Below, piece after piece: positions 48,351 to 58,021 of a stretch of 64,000 bases of DNA. This DNA is from Candidatus Bathyarchaeota archaeon. Lineage in GTDB: Archaea > Thermoproteota > Bathyarchaeia > Bathyarchaeales > Bathycorpusculaceae. The DNA lies in NCBI GenBank assembly GCA_963768425.1, contig CAVYHV010000017.1, forward strand, positions 225,552 to 289,551, in the 5' to 3' direction. Made by a program: the position numbers and the translations under genes. Below the pieces are notes generated by a model. It had not been told where the DNA came from. It worked only from the letters and a program-made list of their open reading frames with translations, and did no database searches. Each line of letters begins with the position of its first letter. Within the stretch, counting starts at the first letter, position 1.

Positions 48351-49388
48351 ATAGCGGAGAAGGTGGTTGGCGAGCTGAAGACCCAACTACTCGACTCTGA
48401 GAAAAGGACCCTAGAAAAGAAGCCGACCGAGAACACGGAGGCGTACACCTGCTTCCTGCGAGGTAGGGAGCTGTACAACGAGGAGACTGAGACCTCGCTT
48501 AGGCAGGCCCTCAGCCTCTTCGAGAAGGCCATCGCGCTGGATCCCAAGTTCGCGAAGGCCTACGTGGGAGTCGCAGACTGCCACCAATCGCTTGTTGGAA
48601 GCGGATACGAGCCCGATGACATCGGACTCCCAATTATGAACACCTCGCTGGAGCGCGCCATTGAACTCGACCCGAACCTTCCGGAGGCCCACGCATCACT
48701 CTGCGGGATGTTCTTCAACGCGGACGACTCCGTGCGGTCGGAGGCGGAGGCGAGGAGGACTTTGGAGCTCAACCCCAGTCTCCCAGACCCCCACAATATC
48801 CTAAGCGAGCTAGCTGCGCTCAGAGGGGACCAAGGAGAAATGGTCAAACAAATGGAGGCAGCGTACCGACTCGACCCCATCAGGCCCCACCTCATCTGGC
48901 TTCTCGGGATGGTGTACCTCTATACTGGGAAGGAGGAGGAGGCGCTTGAGCTCTGGAAGAAGACAGAGCAGTTGGCGCCGGCGCCCGGGTACAGAGGCAT
49001 GGTTGAGTACTACCTGGCCAAGAGGGAGCTCAACAAGGCTAAGGAGTTCCACGCGAAAGCCGAGAAGCTTGAACCCACCCGTCCCTGGCTCATCTGGACA
49101 AGCGGAGTCATCGCGGCCATAGAAGGCGACAGGGAGAAGGCGCTGCTCGCGTTCAAGAAGATTGAGGACGCCAAGATGGGCCCGATGGGCTTCAACTTCA
49201 TCGGGTACGTCCATTATGCCCTCGGAGACCTGAACTCATTCTTCGCGTACATGGATAAGGCCCTCGAAGCCCATGCACTAGTTACCCTAATACTGATGTA
49301 CTCGCCGCTCTTCGCTCAGGCAAGAGCCGACCCACGATATCCGGAACTGGTCGAGAGAATCCGGAAGCAGTGTGGCCTAACGAAATAG
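48351..49388 (+). CDS. TPR-repeat protein, 5'-truncated (C-terminal half of an adenylate cyclase/TolB-like-TPR protein)
   Basis: IAEKV...KPTENTEAY...LRGR...FEKAIALDPKFAKAY...RADPRY. The ORF's first ~42 codons run through intergenic DNA and the tandem repeat. Confidence 0.75.
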   Translation: MAEKVVGELKTQLLDSEKRTLEKKPTENTEAYTCFLRGRELYNEETETSLRQALSLFEKAIALDPKFAKAYVGVADCHQSLVGSGYEPDDIGLPIMNTSLERAIELDPNLPEAHASLCGMFFNADDSVRSEAEARRTLELNPSLPDPHNILSELAALRGDQGEMVKQMEAAYRLDPIRPHLIWLLGMVYLYTGKEEEALELWKKTEQLAPAPGYRGMVEYYLAKRELNKAKEFHAKAEKLEPTRPWLIWTSGVIAAIEGDREKALLAFKKIEDAKMGPMGFNFIGYVHYALGDLNSFFAYMDKALEAHALVTLILMYSPLFAQARADPRYPELVERIRKQCGLTK

Positions 49389-49660
49389 CAGACACTGGGA
49401 TTCAACCAAAACTATCAAGCTGCTCACATCCAACGACAACTATCTATTGCTAGGAAGACTGCAGGCAATATGGTCTTGGCATGAATAGCAATCGGGCATT
49501 GGAGAAAATCACAGCAGGATGATGTGTTCTGCAAAGGCTTATCGCGGAACGTGTCACTTGGCTTTCTGGTATGCTCTAGCGAATTTCGTTCGTTCGCCGT
49601 AAGATAGCAAGCTGTGTTGACCAATGTAAACAATACAGCGACTTTGCCCTTCAAACTAGC

Positions 49661-49786
49661 ATGAGAACTCTGACCTTGGCGGCTGTTGTTCTAGCATTGG
49701 TAGCGCTGTTCGTTCCATTTGCAAAGGACATTTGGACGTGGCTGTGGCAATTCCTGCAATGGCTTTGCGCAGGTGCAAAGGTCTAG
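49661..49786 (+). CDS. Small Trp-rich membrane peptide (41 aa)
   Basis: MRTLTLAAVVLALVALFVPFAKDIWTWLWQFLQWLCAGAKV*. Confidence 0.4.
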   Translation: MRTLTLAAVVLALVALFVPFAKDIWTWLWQFLQWLCAGAKV

Positions 49787-49932
49787 GTTACTTCTGGCGC
49801 ATATGACTGATTGTCGTCAGATAGGTCTTGGTGGCGCGCCGTCGTAAACCTTCAGTGTGTGTGCGCACCAGCTGACCCACAAACAAAATTCATATCTGAT
49901 GAATACGAAATGAAAGTGATGACAACCTCATT

Positions 49933-50616
49933 GTGGAGTGTGGATTCAATATGGGTGAAATGGTCAAGGTAGGTTCTCAGAATGTGCAAATCAGCGGCTA
50001 CCTCAGCATGCCGAAGACTTCTCAAGGACCTGGAGTAATTGTGCTGCACGCGTGGTGGGGCCTAAACGAGTTTTTCAAAAGATTCTGCGACAGACTCGCG
50101 GGTGAAGGTTTCGCAGTTTTCGCCCCGGACCTATACGAAGGAAAGGTCGCCCGCACCAGAGAAGAAGCCAAGGAGCTTATGACTCAACGGGATTCCAAGT
50201 ATCTTGAAACATCGGTCATAGCATCGTCCGACTACTTAGTGTCCCATCATGCGGTCAAGGGGCGGAGGGTGGGCGCTGTTGGATTCTCGATGGGCGCGAA
50301 TTGGGCCCTGTGGCTTAGCTCAAAGAGACCTGACCTACGTGCAGTCGTCGTCTTCTACGGGACGGGAGAAGAGGACTTTTCGAAGTCGAGTGCATCGTTC
50401 CTAGGGCATTTTGCTGAAGAGGATGAATTTGAGCCCAAGGAAGGCGTACTAAAGCTCGAAAAGCTGATCAGGTCTGCTGGGAAGGAGGTTGAATTCTATT
50501 ACTACCCTAAGGTGAGGCACTGGTTCCTCGAAGAGGACCGACCGGAATTTGACGGTAAGGCTGCTAGCCTCGCTTGGAAGAGGACAGTTCAGTTCCTGGA
50601 CTCAAAGTTGAAGTAA
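49933..50616 (+). CDS. Dienelactone hydrolase family protein
   Basis: HAWWGLN, APDLY, GFSMG nucleophile elbow, HWF. Confidence 0.9.
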   Translation: MECGFNMGEMVKVGSQNVQISGYLSMPKTSQGPGVIVLHAWWGLNEFFKRFCDRLAGEGFAVFAPDLYEGKVARTREEAKELMTQRDSKYLETSVIASSDYLVSHHAVKGRRVGAVGFSMGANWALWLSSKRPDLRAVVVFYGTGEEDFSKSSASFLGHFAEEDEFEPKEGVLKLEKLIRSAGKEVEFYYYPKVRHWFLEEDRPEFDGKAASLAWKRTVQFLDSKLK

Positions 50617-50824
50617 GGTATTCTCTTCATCCTGATTACAACGAGGCTTGATTTGAACCGTCGTCCGTCGTCGTCAAAAAAGTGTGTGTGTGCGGGTCAG
50701 CTGGTGCGGGCAACTAGATTTGAACGTCTTACATTGCAAGCGCACAAATCTCTTCTGCTTCGATGAGAGGTCGCTACGCCAATTAAGACAAGAATTCCTT
50801 TGTGACGAAGACCAACAGTTGCAG

Positions 50825-52451
50825 TTAGGTTCGGATGTTCTGCAGTAAGAGTCTGATTTGATTGTTCGCTAGCTTTGATGCAACAACGAGTACCGCGAAT
50901 GCAAATATGAAGCCAAGAACCGCTAGTTGTGGCAGAATCGTGCCGTATACCATAACCGAGATTATGATCGGCGCGGCGGTTAACATTGTTGAAACGATCG
51001 CGAGGAACATTCCCATGAGGGAACCCCAGACACTGACGTAGCGGCTGCGTATCATTTCACGAAAGTCAGGAAACCTAGCCGCGAAGCACATTCCAACCGC
51101 TGACTCCTCGAGCACAACTGTTACTCCCAGTGCAAGAACAAGCCAGAAGTAAGTCGCAAGGGATCTTAGCAGAAGGCTCAGCACCGCCAGCATGCCCACG
51201 CCAAACAATATGCCTAAGAGTATTGCAAACATCATTTTCGCCCTCAGAAGCCTACTTGATTTTATCGGCGCGGCGTAAAGATTCCACACCGTATCCCTCC
51301 TGGCCTATGCTAGTCATTGAGAGGAATCCAACGAAAATCGCTATGGGGAGTAAGTAAAGGGGGATGATGACCAACAATCCAGGCGCATCGGGCATCGATT
51401 CGCCCCCCAGGGGGAAGAATGAGATGCCCATTGATATAGCTAGGACAAATGGAATCGCCAAGAACCTAGCCATCTCCCTCCTCCTCGCGAGCGAACGTAG
51501 GTCCTTCCGAAGAATTGCCGATTCAGCGGCTCCAATCAAAGGTAGCCGGAAATCGATGCCATGAGCGTGATGGGTCTGCGGAGAGAGCTTTATGGAGACA
51601 GGAATTGGAACCCAGAACTTCGCGCGCAATCTTGAGGCCGCCGCGAATAACGCGAGCGTGAAGAGTGCTGAGAGGCTTGCAAATTCAAGAAATGTGAATA
51701 TGTTGCCCTGGGAGACGCCGAGGACTGCAACTGAAGGCCACACTATGGGAACGAACCATGCAATCCTCACCGTTTGAACCACGCTCTGGAGAAGGTAGCC
51801 GATTATTTGTCCGCTGAAGAGCAACTGAACGAAGACAAGCATGATAATCGTCAAGGCGAGGCGGAAGAATATTCCAGAGCGTCCGCTCTTTTTGTAGAAA
51901 CTTGATGAGATACGGTTGGTTATTGTGTCCAGCACTTCAACGACGCAGGATCCAATTGCTAGGGCGATAGTCGCCATCAGAGCTGCAGCAAGCCAAGCTG
52001 GAGCCATCCCGAGGATTAGTGCCGGTCCAAGCAGCAACCCCAGAAAGAGGCTGAGCATGAATGAGTAAATGTAGGATTCAGACAATGTAGAGGCCGCAAC
52101 GTACTCTGTGGGTGAGATCGGAAGCCAGTTCACGATGTCGGTATTCATCGATTGAATTGGTTGGCTAATTTCGTAAAGAACTCCGAAAAGGATCACGGCG
52201 GAGGCGATACCCACGGGTACTCCTGCCAAAGCGCTTGCTTCCATACTGGTAATGGCACGTAGAAAGAATGGAGGGCCCTTCGAGAGCAGTAAATAGCCGG
52301 CTAGGCCGAGACCAACAAGCAGCACTAAATCCACTGCGAGGATAATGCGTGGTTCTCCGAAAATTCGGGCCAAGGTTTTGCTTCGTTGAGTTCCCCGAAT
52401 TTGTGAGCGCGTCAATACGACGGCAAGCTTGTACACCGTCTTTATTCTCAT
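50825..52451 (-). CDS. ABC-2 type exporter permease; split by an indel near 51290
   Basis: ORFs 51252..52451 and 50825..51289 join at SIGQEGYG/WNLYAAPI; polytopic; coupled to the ABC ATPase. Confidence 0.8.
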
Positions 52452-53296
52452 CGGGTGAGTGCCTCGACGATATCGTGTGTATCAGAGGTTCCTGTTAGCT
52501 TCAGGAAAACTTCTTCAAGCGTTGAGCCAGATGTACCTCCTTTGGCTCTCAGTTCCTCCGAAGTTCCTTCGGCCAAGACTTTCCCGTCATACATGATTAC
52601 AATTCGATCGCAAATAGCATCGGCTATTTCGAGAACATGTGTACTGAAGACGGTTGGAATGCCATCATCCCTCAGCTTATGGATCAAGTCCTTTACTATG
52701 CGTGCGCTGCGTGGGTCCAAGGCATTGAGGGGTTCATCCAGAACCAGAATTTGTGGGCGATGGAGTAGGCCTGCTATAATTGCCAGTTTCTGTTTCATAC
52801 CCTGTGAATAACCATGAATCAGCTCGTTTTCTCGGCCCTCCAAGTCTAAGGCCTTCATGAACTCCGAGATGCGCTCTTGCTTCATTGTGGCCTCAAGTTC
52901 GTGGACATCCGCAACGAAGTCAAGGTACTCTATCCCCGTCAGAAACTCGTACAGCCTAGGGCTTTCGGGTACGAAGCCAACAATTTGCTTGACCGCGATT
53001 GGGTCTTCGGCAACATTCACTCCTTGAACTAAGATGCTGCCAGCGTCAGGTTTCATTATTCCTACGATGATTTTCATTAAAGTAGATTTACCGGAGCCAT
53101 TTGGGCCCAACAATCCAAGAACTTGGCCGCTATCGACGTCGAAGCTGACACCTTTGACTGCCCTTATCGTGCCGAAATTCTTGGCTACGCTGTCAACCTG
53201 AAGTGCTTTCACTGATACCCCACCTATCATCCGCAACCCTATTGGGCTATTTATTCGGGTGAAACCGAAAGAGCTTAGAAAAACATCGCGTTTCAA
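52448..53296 (-). CDS. ABC transporter ATP-binding protein
   Basis: GPNGSGKST, YSQGMKQK, LDEP; the true start is probably about 53210-53230. Confidence 0.93.
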   Translation of the reverse strand: MKRDVFLSSFGFTRINSPIGLRMIGGVSVKALQVDSVAKNFGTIRAVKGVSFDVDSGQVLGLLGPNGSGKSTLMKIIVGIMKPDAGSILVQGVNVAEDPIAVKQIVGFVPESPRLYEFLTGIEYLDFVADVHELEATMKQERISEFMKALDLEGRENELIHGYSQGMKQKLAIIAGLLHRPQILVLDEPLNALDPRSARIVKDLIHKLRDDGIPTVFSTHVLEIADAICDRIVIMYDGKVLAEGTSEELRAKGGTSGSTLEEVFLKLTGTSDTHDIVEALTR

Positions 53297-53311
53297 CCTC
53301 CTGACCCAACG

Positions 53312-53488
53312 TTGAGCACCACAGCGGCGCAGAATTCGGAAACCAAACCATTATGCAACATACCGTTATGCGGCAGGGAAGCTGATTGGCAGGTCGAAAT
53401 GTTCGGGAAAATCGAGTATTATTGTGAGAGGCACCGGCCAGGCGTCCCCGAGAAATTCATGAACCGCCTCAACATTCAAAGTTCCTAA
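53312..53488 (+). CDS. Small putative zinc-finger protein (58 aa)
   Basis: Manual translation: ...LCNIPLCGREA...YYCERHRP..., C-x4-C...C-x2-H. Confidence 0.55.
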   Translation: MSTTAAQNSETKPLCNIPLCGREADWQVEMFGKIEYYCERHRPGVPEKFMNRLNIQSS

Positions 53489-53500
53489 TCCTTTTCCTAG

Positions 53501-54655
53501 TCAAAGCTTTTCGAGAAACGTATCGACCTCGCGGTCTGTGTTGTAAAAGTGGGGTGAAACCCTTAGCGCGTTCACTCTTGGCGCGACGACAACGTGCTCT
53601 TGTAGAAGCTTCTTCGAAACCTGGGCCGCATCTTCGACTTCGAATGTAACGATTCCACTCCTGCGGCCTGCTTCCAACGGGGAGGTGATCTTCTTTCCCT
53701 TACTTTCCAGCCCATCAACGAGCCGTTTGTTCAAGTGTTCCACGAGGGGCCCACGTTCTTGTGGGGTATACTTGAGGGTGAATTCCAACGCGGCCTTCGC
53801 GCCGATGACAGCTATGACTGCCCATGTTCCCCATTCGAATCGGGTGGCATCTTCCGCTGGGGTGACGCTACTAATATCGAAGGGACGTTCGAAAGTTTCT
53901 TGTTTGGAACGAACCCTGGCCACGACGGAGTCGGAGATCCCGTGCCATCCAACTATCCCAGGGAGAAGCCGCTGCAGGGCTTCGCGGCTGACGAAGAGAA
54001 ACGCTGTTCCATGTGGACCCATCAGCCACTTGTACGTTCCGCATGTTAGCACATCGACGCCCAGCTTGCGGACATCTACTGGTATGACTCCAACCGCGTG
54101 AAACGCGTCCACCAGCATTAGGGCGTTGTGAGAATGCGCAATCTGAGTGACAGCCCGTATGTCTTCTTTGCAGCCGTTTATCCAAGAGACATAATCAAGC
54201 GAGACTGCGACCGTTTTATCATCGATCGCTTTCTCAAAGTCTGAGGTGGGAACTTGACGGTTCTTCGCCTTCAGGACTCTCACCTCAGAAATCAAGCCCT
54301 TCTGCTTCAAGGCGTGCCAAAGGTACACGTTGGTGGGGAAATTCAATTCGCTCACAACAACGTTCTGCCCAGGCTTCAGGGGAAGGGCGTTGGCGATTGC
54401 TGCTAAGCCTGATGAAACGTTCGGAATGCAGGCGACTTCATCCAAAGTGCCATTGATGAGGCGGCCGAATAGTTCGCGTGTTTTCACGATCTCTAGAAGC
54501 CAAGCTTCCCATTTTTCCCCATAATCTCTCCACTCGTCCAGAAACGACCGCATGGCGGCATGTACGCTCACGGGTGGGGGGCCGGCTCCCGCATTATCAA
54601 GGTACACGTTGCCGGCGAGCAACGGAATCTGCCGCCTAACCTCTTCCACATTCAA
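53501..54655 (-). CDS. Class V PLP-dependent aminotransferase / cysteine desulfurase-like enzyme
   Basis: YLDNAG, VDAFH, GTYKWLMGP, LRVSPHFYN. Confidence 0.9.
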   Translation of the reverse strand: MNVEEVRRQIPLLAGNVYLDNAGAGPPPVSVHAAMRSFLDEWRDYGEKWEAWLLEIVKTRELFGRLINGTLDEVACIPNVSSGLAAIANALPLKPGQNVVVSELNFPTNVYLWHALKQKGLISEVRVLKAKNRQVPTSDFEKAIDDKTVAVSLDYVSWINGCKEDIRAVTQIAHSHNALMLVDAFHAVGVIPVDVRKLGVDVLTCGTYKWLMGPHGTAFLFVSREALQRLLPGIVGWHGISDSVVARVRSKQETFERPFDISSVTPAEDATRFEWGTWAVIAVIGAKAALEFTLKYTPQERGPLVEHLNKRLVDGLESKGKKITSPLEAGRRSGIVTFEVEDAAQVSKKLLQEHVVVAPRVNALRVSPHFYNTDREVDTFLEKL

Positions 54656-54746
54656 GCTTAGGCCATCCCGCGTTCCAGGCGGAAGTAGGGCCGGGTATTA
54701 GAGCTTGCAGTAGGGAAGAGGCTGATGTAACCAGCTTCAGTCCGAG

Positions 54747-56039
54747 TCAGTCTGTGTTCTTTGTTTCTTCTTCTGTCTTCTTCTTGTTGTGACGGGAAGC
54801 GTGCGTAGTGGTTGCAGCGCTAGTTTGGGGCTCTGGAGTAGGTTCTGATTGTGTGACTTTGGGATTCGGAGAATTGCCGTCGCGGCCGCGGCCTGCAACG
54901 GCGAAGGCGATGATTGCGGCAGCCACGAGTATTGCGATTATTCCGGCAGCTATTGTTAGGTAGAGGACTGTGGAGTCCGTGCGCCATGAAGCAATAGCCG
55001 TCATAGGCCGATTCATTTGTACGGTGGTCGTTTGGCTGTTGGATTGAACGTCACCCTGCCAACCATTGAAAACTATGCTGACGCCATAAGACGTGCTGAT
55101 GGGTGTTGAAACGGACATTTGGGCCGTGCTACCTGCGTCGTACCAACCTTGCCCGTAGGGAACACCTTGGTCGCTCTGTACGGTGAGGTAGTACTGTTGC
55201 TTGTATTCTGCAGTCACGCTGTGGGGCGCATCCATATTGACTGATAACGAAGAACCGGATTGGTTGCCTTGCCCGTCAACGCTCCATCCTTGGAATACGA
55301 TTCTACTTGAACTGTCTCCGACGGGCTGGCTTGCGCTATTTACCATCGCGGTGTCGCCTGTGTTGTACCATCCTTCACCCTGAGGCACTGGTGCACCTTG
55401 TGGTTGACTTTGTACGCTGAGATAGTACTGCAACTGGTAGACGGCGACGACCTTCATCGCTCCATTCACCGTCACTGTCCCGCTGCTTCCGACACCGGAA
55501 TAATCACCGCCCCAATGAGAGAAGACATACCGCGTATTCGCGGAGGGCTGAATAGTGGTTTGAGTAACTGAGAATGACGCTGAACTTCCCTGGTTGTATG
55601 TCCCGCCTCCAGTCACTGTTGCAAGATTTGCTGGATCAGTTGTGACCGTCAATGTGTACTGGGACGGGGTGTTATAGTAGCTGTAATAGTACGGGTAGCC
55701 ATAGTCATAGCACCCGTAATTGCCATAGTAGTAATCATAGTACAAGCAGTTGTAGCTGTAATTGCCGTAGTAATAATCATAGTACGGGTAGCTGTAGCCG
55801 TAATAGTACGGGTAGTAGTAGCTGTATCCGTAGTAATACGGGTACCAGGAATAGCCGTTACAATGATGATGATGTGAGCCGCAATTAGGAGTATAAGCCG
55901 CTACTTGAGCTGTCTGCCCTGACAATAGAACACCAGCAGCAGCCAACACGAGAACTGCAACTGCGAATTTAGGTAAATAACTCGCTCGCATTCTAATCGC
56001 ATAAGAAAAGTGGGCTGTACCTATTTGGGGTTTACTCAT
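54747..56039 (-). CDS. Surface protein with His/Tyr-rich N-terminal region, InlB-B-like repeats and C-terminal TM
   Basis: Signal peptide; HHHH followed by a Tyr-rich tract; repeats QYYL(S/T)VQS...GWY; TM helix. Confidence 0.8.
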   Translation of the reverse strand: MSKPQIGTAHFSYAIRMRASYLPKFAVAVLVLAAAGVLLSGQTAQVAAYTPNCGSHHHHCNGYSWYPYYYGYSYYYPYYYGYSYPYYDYYYGNYSYNCLYYDYYYGNYGCYDYGYPYYYSYYNTPSQYTLTVTTDPANLATVTGGGTYNQGSSASFSVTQTTIQPSANTRYVFSHWGGDYSGVGSSGTVTVNGAMKVVAVYQLQYYLSVQSQPQGAPVPQGEGWYNTGDTAMVNSASQPVGDSSSRIVFQGWSVDGQGNQSGSSLSVNMDAPHSVTAEYKQQYYLTVQSDQGVPYGQGWYDAGSTAQMSVSTPISTSYGVSIVFNGWQGDVQSNSQTTTVQMNRPMTAIASWRTDSTVLYLTIAAGIIAILVAAAIIAFAVAGRGRDGNSPNPKVTQSEPTPEPQTSAATTTHASRHNKKKTEEETKNTD

Positions 56040-56179
56040 TTGCAGCCTAACTACGACGTGTAGTACGCGTAGCGAAAAACAGCTAAACCCCCCTGACCCG
56101 GAGAATCACTAGGCCCTAGGGGGGCCTCCGAGCGTGCGCGCCGAAGCAGCGTCGGTCGATATTTCAACTCCTTTTAAGT

Positions 56180-56443
56180 ATGGGTGGGGGCCTCCTTGTT
56201 TTGGTGTTTTGCTTGGTTGTCAAGGCATACGTGTTGGTTCAAGCCCAGTTGGGGCGGTCTCGGTATGTTGCTAAAGCGGTTGCTAGGGTTCGGGGTGTGA
56301 AGATGGTTCATGCGGTAACCGGCATATACGATGTTATCGCATACCTCGAAATGCGTGACATGAATACGCTCTCCGAATTAGTGATAAAGCAGATTCAATC
56401 CGTGAAGGGCGTTGAGCGTACTCACACGGCCATAGTCGTGTGA
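56180..56443 (+). CDS. Lrp/AsnC ligand-binding (RAM) domain protein
   Basis: KAYVLV, VTGIYDVI, IQSVKGVERTHT. Confidence 0.85.
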   Translation: MGGGLLVLVFCLVVKAYVLVQAQLGRSRYVAKAVARVRGVKMVHAVTGIYDVIAYLEMRDMNTLSELVIKQIQSVKGVERTHTAIVV

Positions 56444-56444
56444 G

Positions 56445-57254
56445 TTAATCACTTTCTTCGGCCTCCTCGTATTCTCCGTTATTGTTCCAGTTAGGCGAGG
56501 AATACTTCCGAGCGTATAATCTCCTAAACCATCTCTTTTCATCAGCTCGCAGCCCACCTACTTCTAGTTTTACGCCTAGAATTTCTTGAGCAGATTCAGT
56601 GAGTTTTGACTGAACCTCTTCTACGCTTACCCTCCTTCCTACGGCTGCCTCCAGAGTGGTTACCGGATGCCATCGGCTGCGCACATAATGGGTCGTATGA
56701 TTCTGCCTGCTCGGGGCAAGAACCGATTCCAAAGTGTCGACATTGGTGGAAACCAAAAGTGAGCCATGCCAAAGTGCAAAACCGTGCCCAGAAGCAGCAG
56801 CGCCTCCCGAGATTTTTCTCTCTCCGAGCATAATTGAATTGGGCGCAAGAAAACTGCCTTTCAACCCGAAACTACGTAGGGCATCGAGGACAATGGCGGA
56901 TGCAGTTTCATTAATCCTGGGCTGCTGGTGTCTCTCTCCTTGTTGAATAACGAGTGTGAGGTTGAGGTTTCCTTCATCTTGATAAACGGCGCCTCCGCCT
57001 GTAAATCGGCGAGCGATGTGGATGCCGTTTTGCTGGCAGAGGGAAGTATCAACTTCTGTTGATGCCTTTTGAAAACGGCCGAGAATGACGCTTTGCGGGT
57101 TAACCCATAGTCGTATCGTTGGTCTGAAGGCGGGAAAAAGCGTGCTGCGTGCCAATGCTTCCTCGATGGCTAAGTTCTGGAACACCGAGCCGTAGCTCTG
57201 TTCCAGCAGCCTCCAACGATCTGAAACCGTTGGTCCACCTACCAGGGACGGCAT
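56445..57254 (-). CDS. lplA: Lipoate--protein ligase family
   Basis: NLAIEEAL, RRFTGGGAVYQD, KISGGA, HGSLL. Confidence 0.88.
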   Translation of the reverse strand: MPSLVGGPTVSDRWRLLEQSYGSVFQNLAIEEALARSTLFPAFRPTIRLWVNPQSVILGRFQKASTEVDTSLCQQNGIHIARRFTGGGAVYQDEGNLNLTLVIQQGERHQQPRINETASAIVLDALRSFGLKGSFLAPNSIMLGERKISGGAAASGHGFALWHGSLLVSTNVDTLESVLAPSRQNHTTHYVRSRWHPVTTLEAAVGRRVSVEEVQSKLTESAQEILGVKLEVGGLRADEKRWFRRLYARKYSSPNWNNNGEYEEAEESD

Positions 57255-58018
57255 CGCGTTAGGATCCTTCTTGGAATGAAAGGGTCCAGCTTTCGGTTCC
57301 TTAGGATTTTTCCTAGCTTCGGAATCAACCCTACTGCGTCGGTACCGAGCTTGCACTCAACGGACTGCGCGGTCAATGTTTCCGATTCTATAGTTACCGT
57401 GTCCCTCTCAATCCTCGACTTTTTCACGGCATTTTCGGCTTCCTGGCGAAAACAGTCGGCAATTTGAATGCGGTCTAGGCCTGTTACAATCAAGGATGAA
57501 AACCGTTCGATCTGGGAGTCTGCAAGCCAACCCTCAACTGTTTGTGTGTCCGGCTCTAGTCTCGTGAGTCGAATCGTTGTTCGGCTGCCGGGGACGAGGC
57601 AATATTGGTGTATGATCTCGTTACTTCGTAGGGGTTTTCCATCTCCGAGTTGTGCCCGGAGGGCGGCGAGACCTATTTTGACGTTCATGAGCCTTGGTGT
57701 TTCAATACCGATATCAATCTCGAGGCAATTATCGGCTTCTCCGCTGACGATTCCTTGGTAAGTTCCTTGCGCCTCTAGATTGGCGGCGTTTGTGTGTGCT
57801 TGGCCAAGGTCACGAGCCAACAGCTCCGTGAGAATGTCGGAATCTTCGCCTTCCACGTCCAACCTTGCCCAACCCTTCCGCGAGAATCCATCAAGTCTGA
57901 TGGTAGCCCCTAGTTCACCCTTCACAGCGCGGACAGCTTTCTCCAATTCCGCCTGGAAATCTTTCGTAGTGAATTGGCCTGGTCTTTGCAGGATTATGAG
58001 TTTCATTGGGCACAGCAT
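57239..58018 (-). CDS. DUF2110-like archaeal protein
   Basis: GEDSDI...CKLGTDAVGLIPKLG; located directly downstream of tfe. Confidence 0.7.
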   Translation of the reverse strand: MLCPMKLIILQRPGQFTTKDFQAELEKAVRAVKGELGATIRLDGFSRKGWARLDVEGEDSDILTELLARDLGQAHTNAANLEAQGTYQGIVSGEADNCLEIDIGIETPRLMNVKIGLAALRAQLGDGKPLRSNEIIHQYCLVPGSRTTIRLTRLEPDTQTVEGWLADSQIERFSSLIVTGLDRIQIADCFRQEAENAVKKSRIERDTVTIESETLTAQSVECKLGTDAVGLIPKLGKILRNRKLDPFIPRRILTRCRPW

Positions 58019-58021
58019 TTC

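Noticed and set aside
50702-50780. Intact tRNA on the minus strand
   Set aside because: Only a T-loop-to-CCA-like segment is present; there is no complementary 5' acceptor or T-stem strand.
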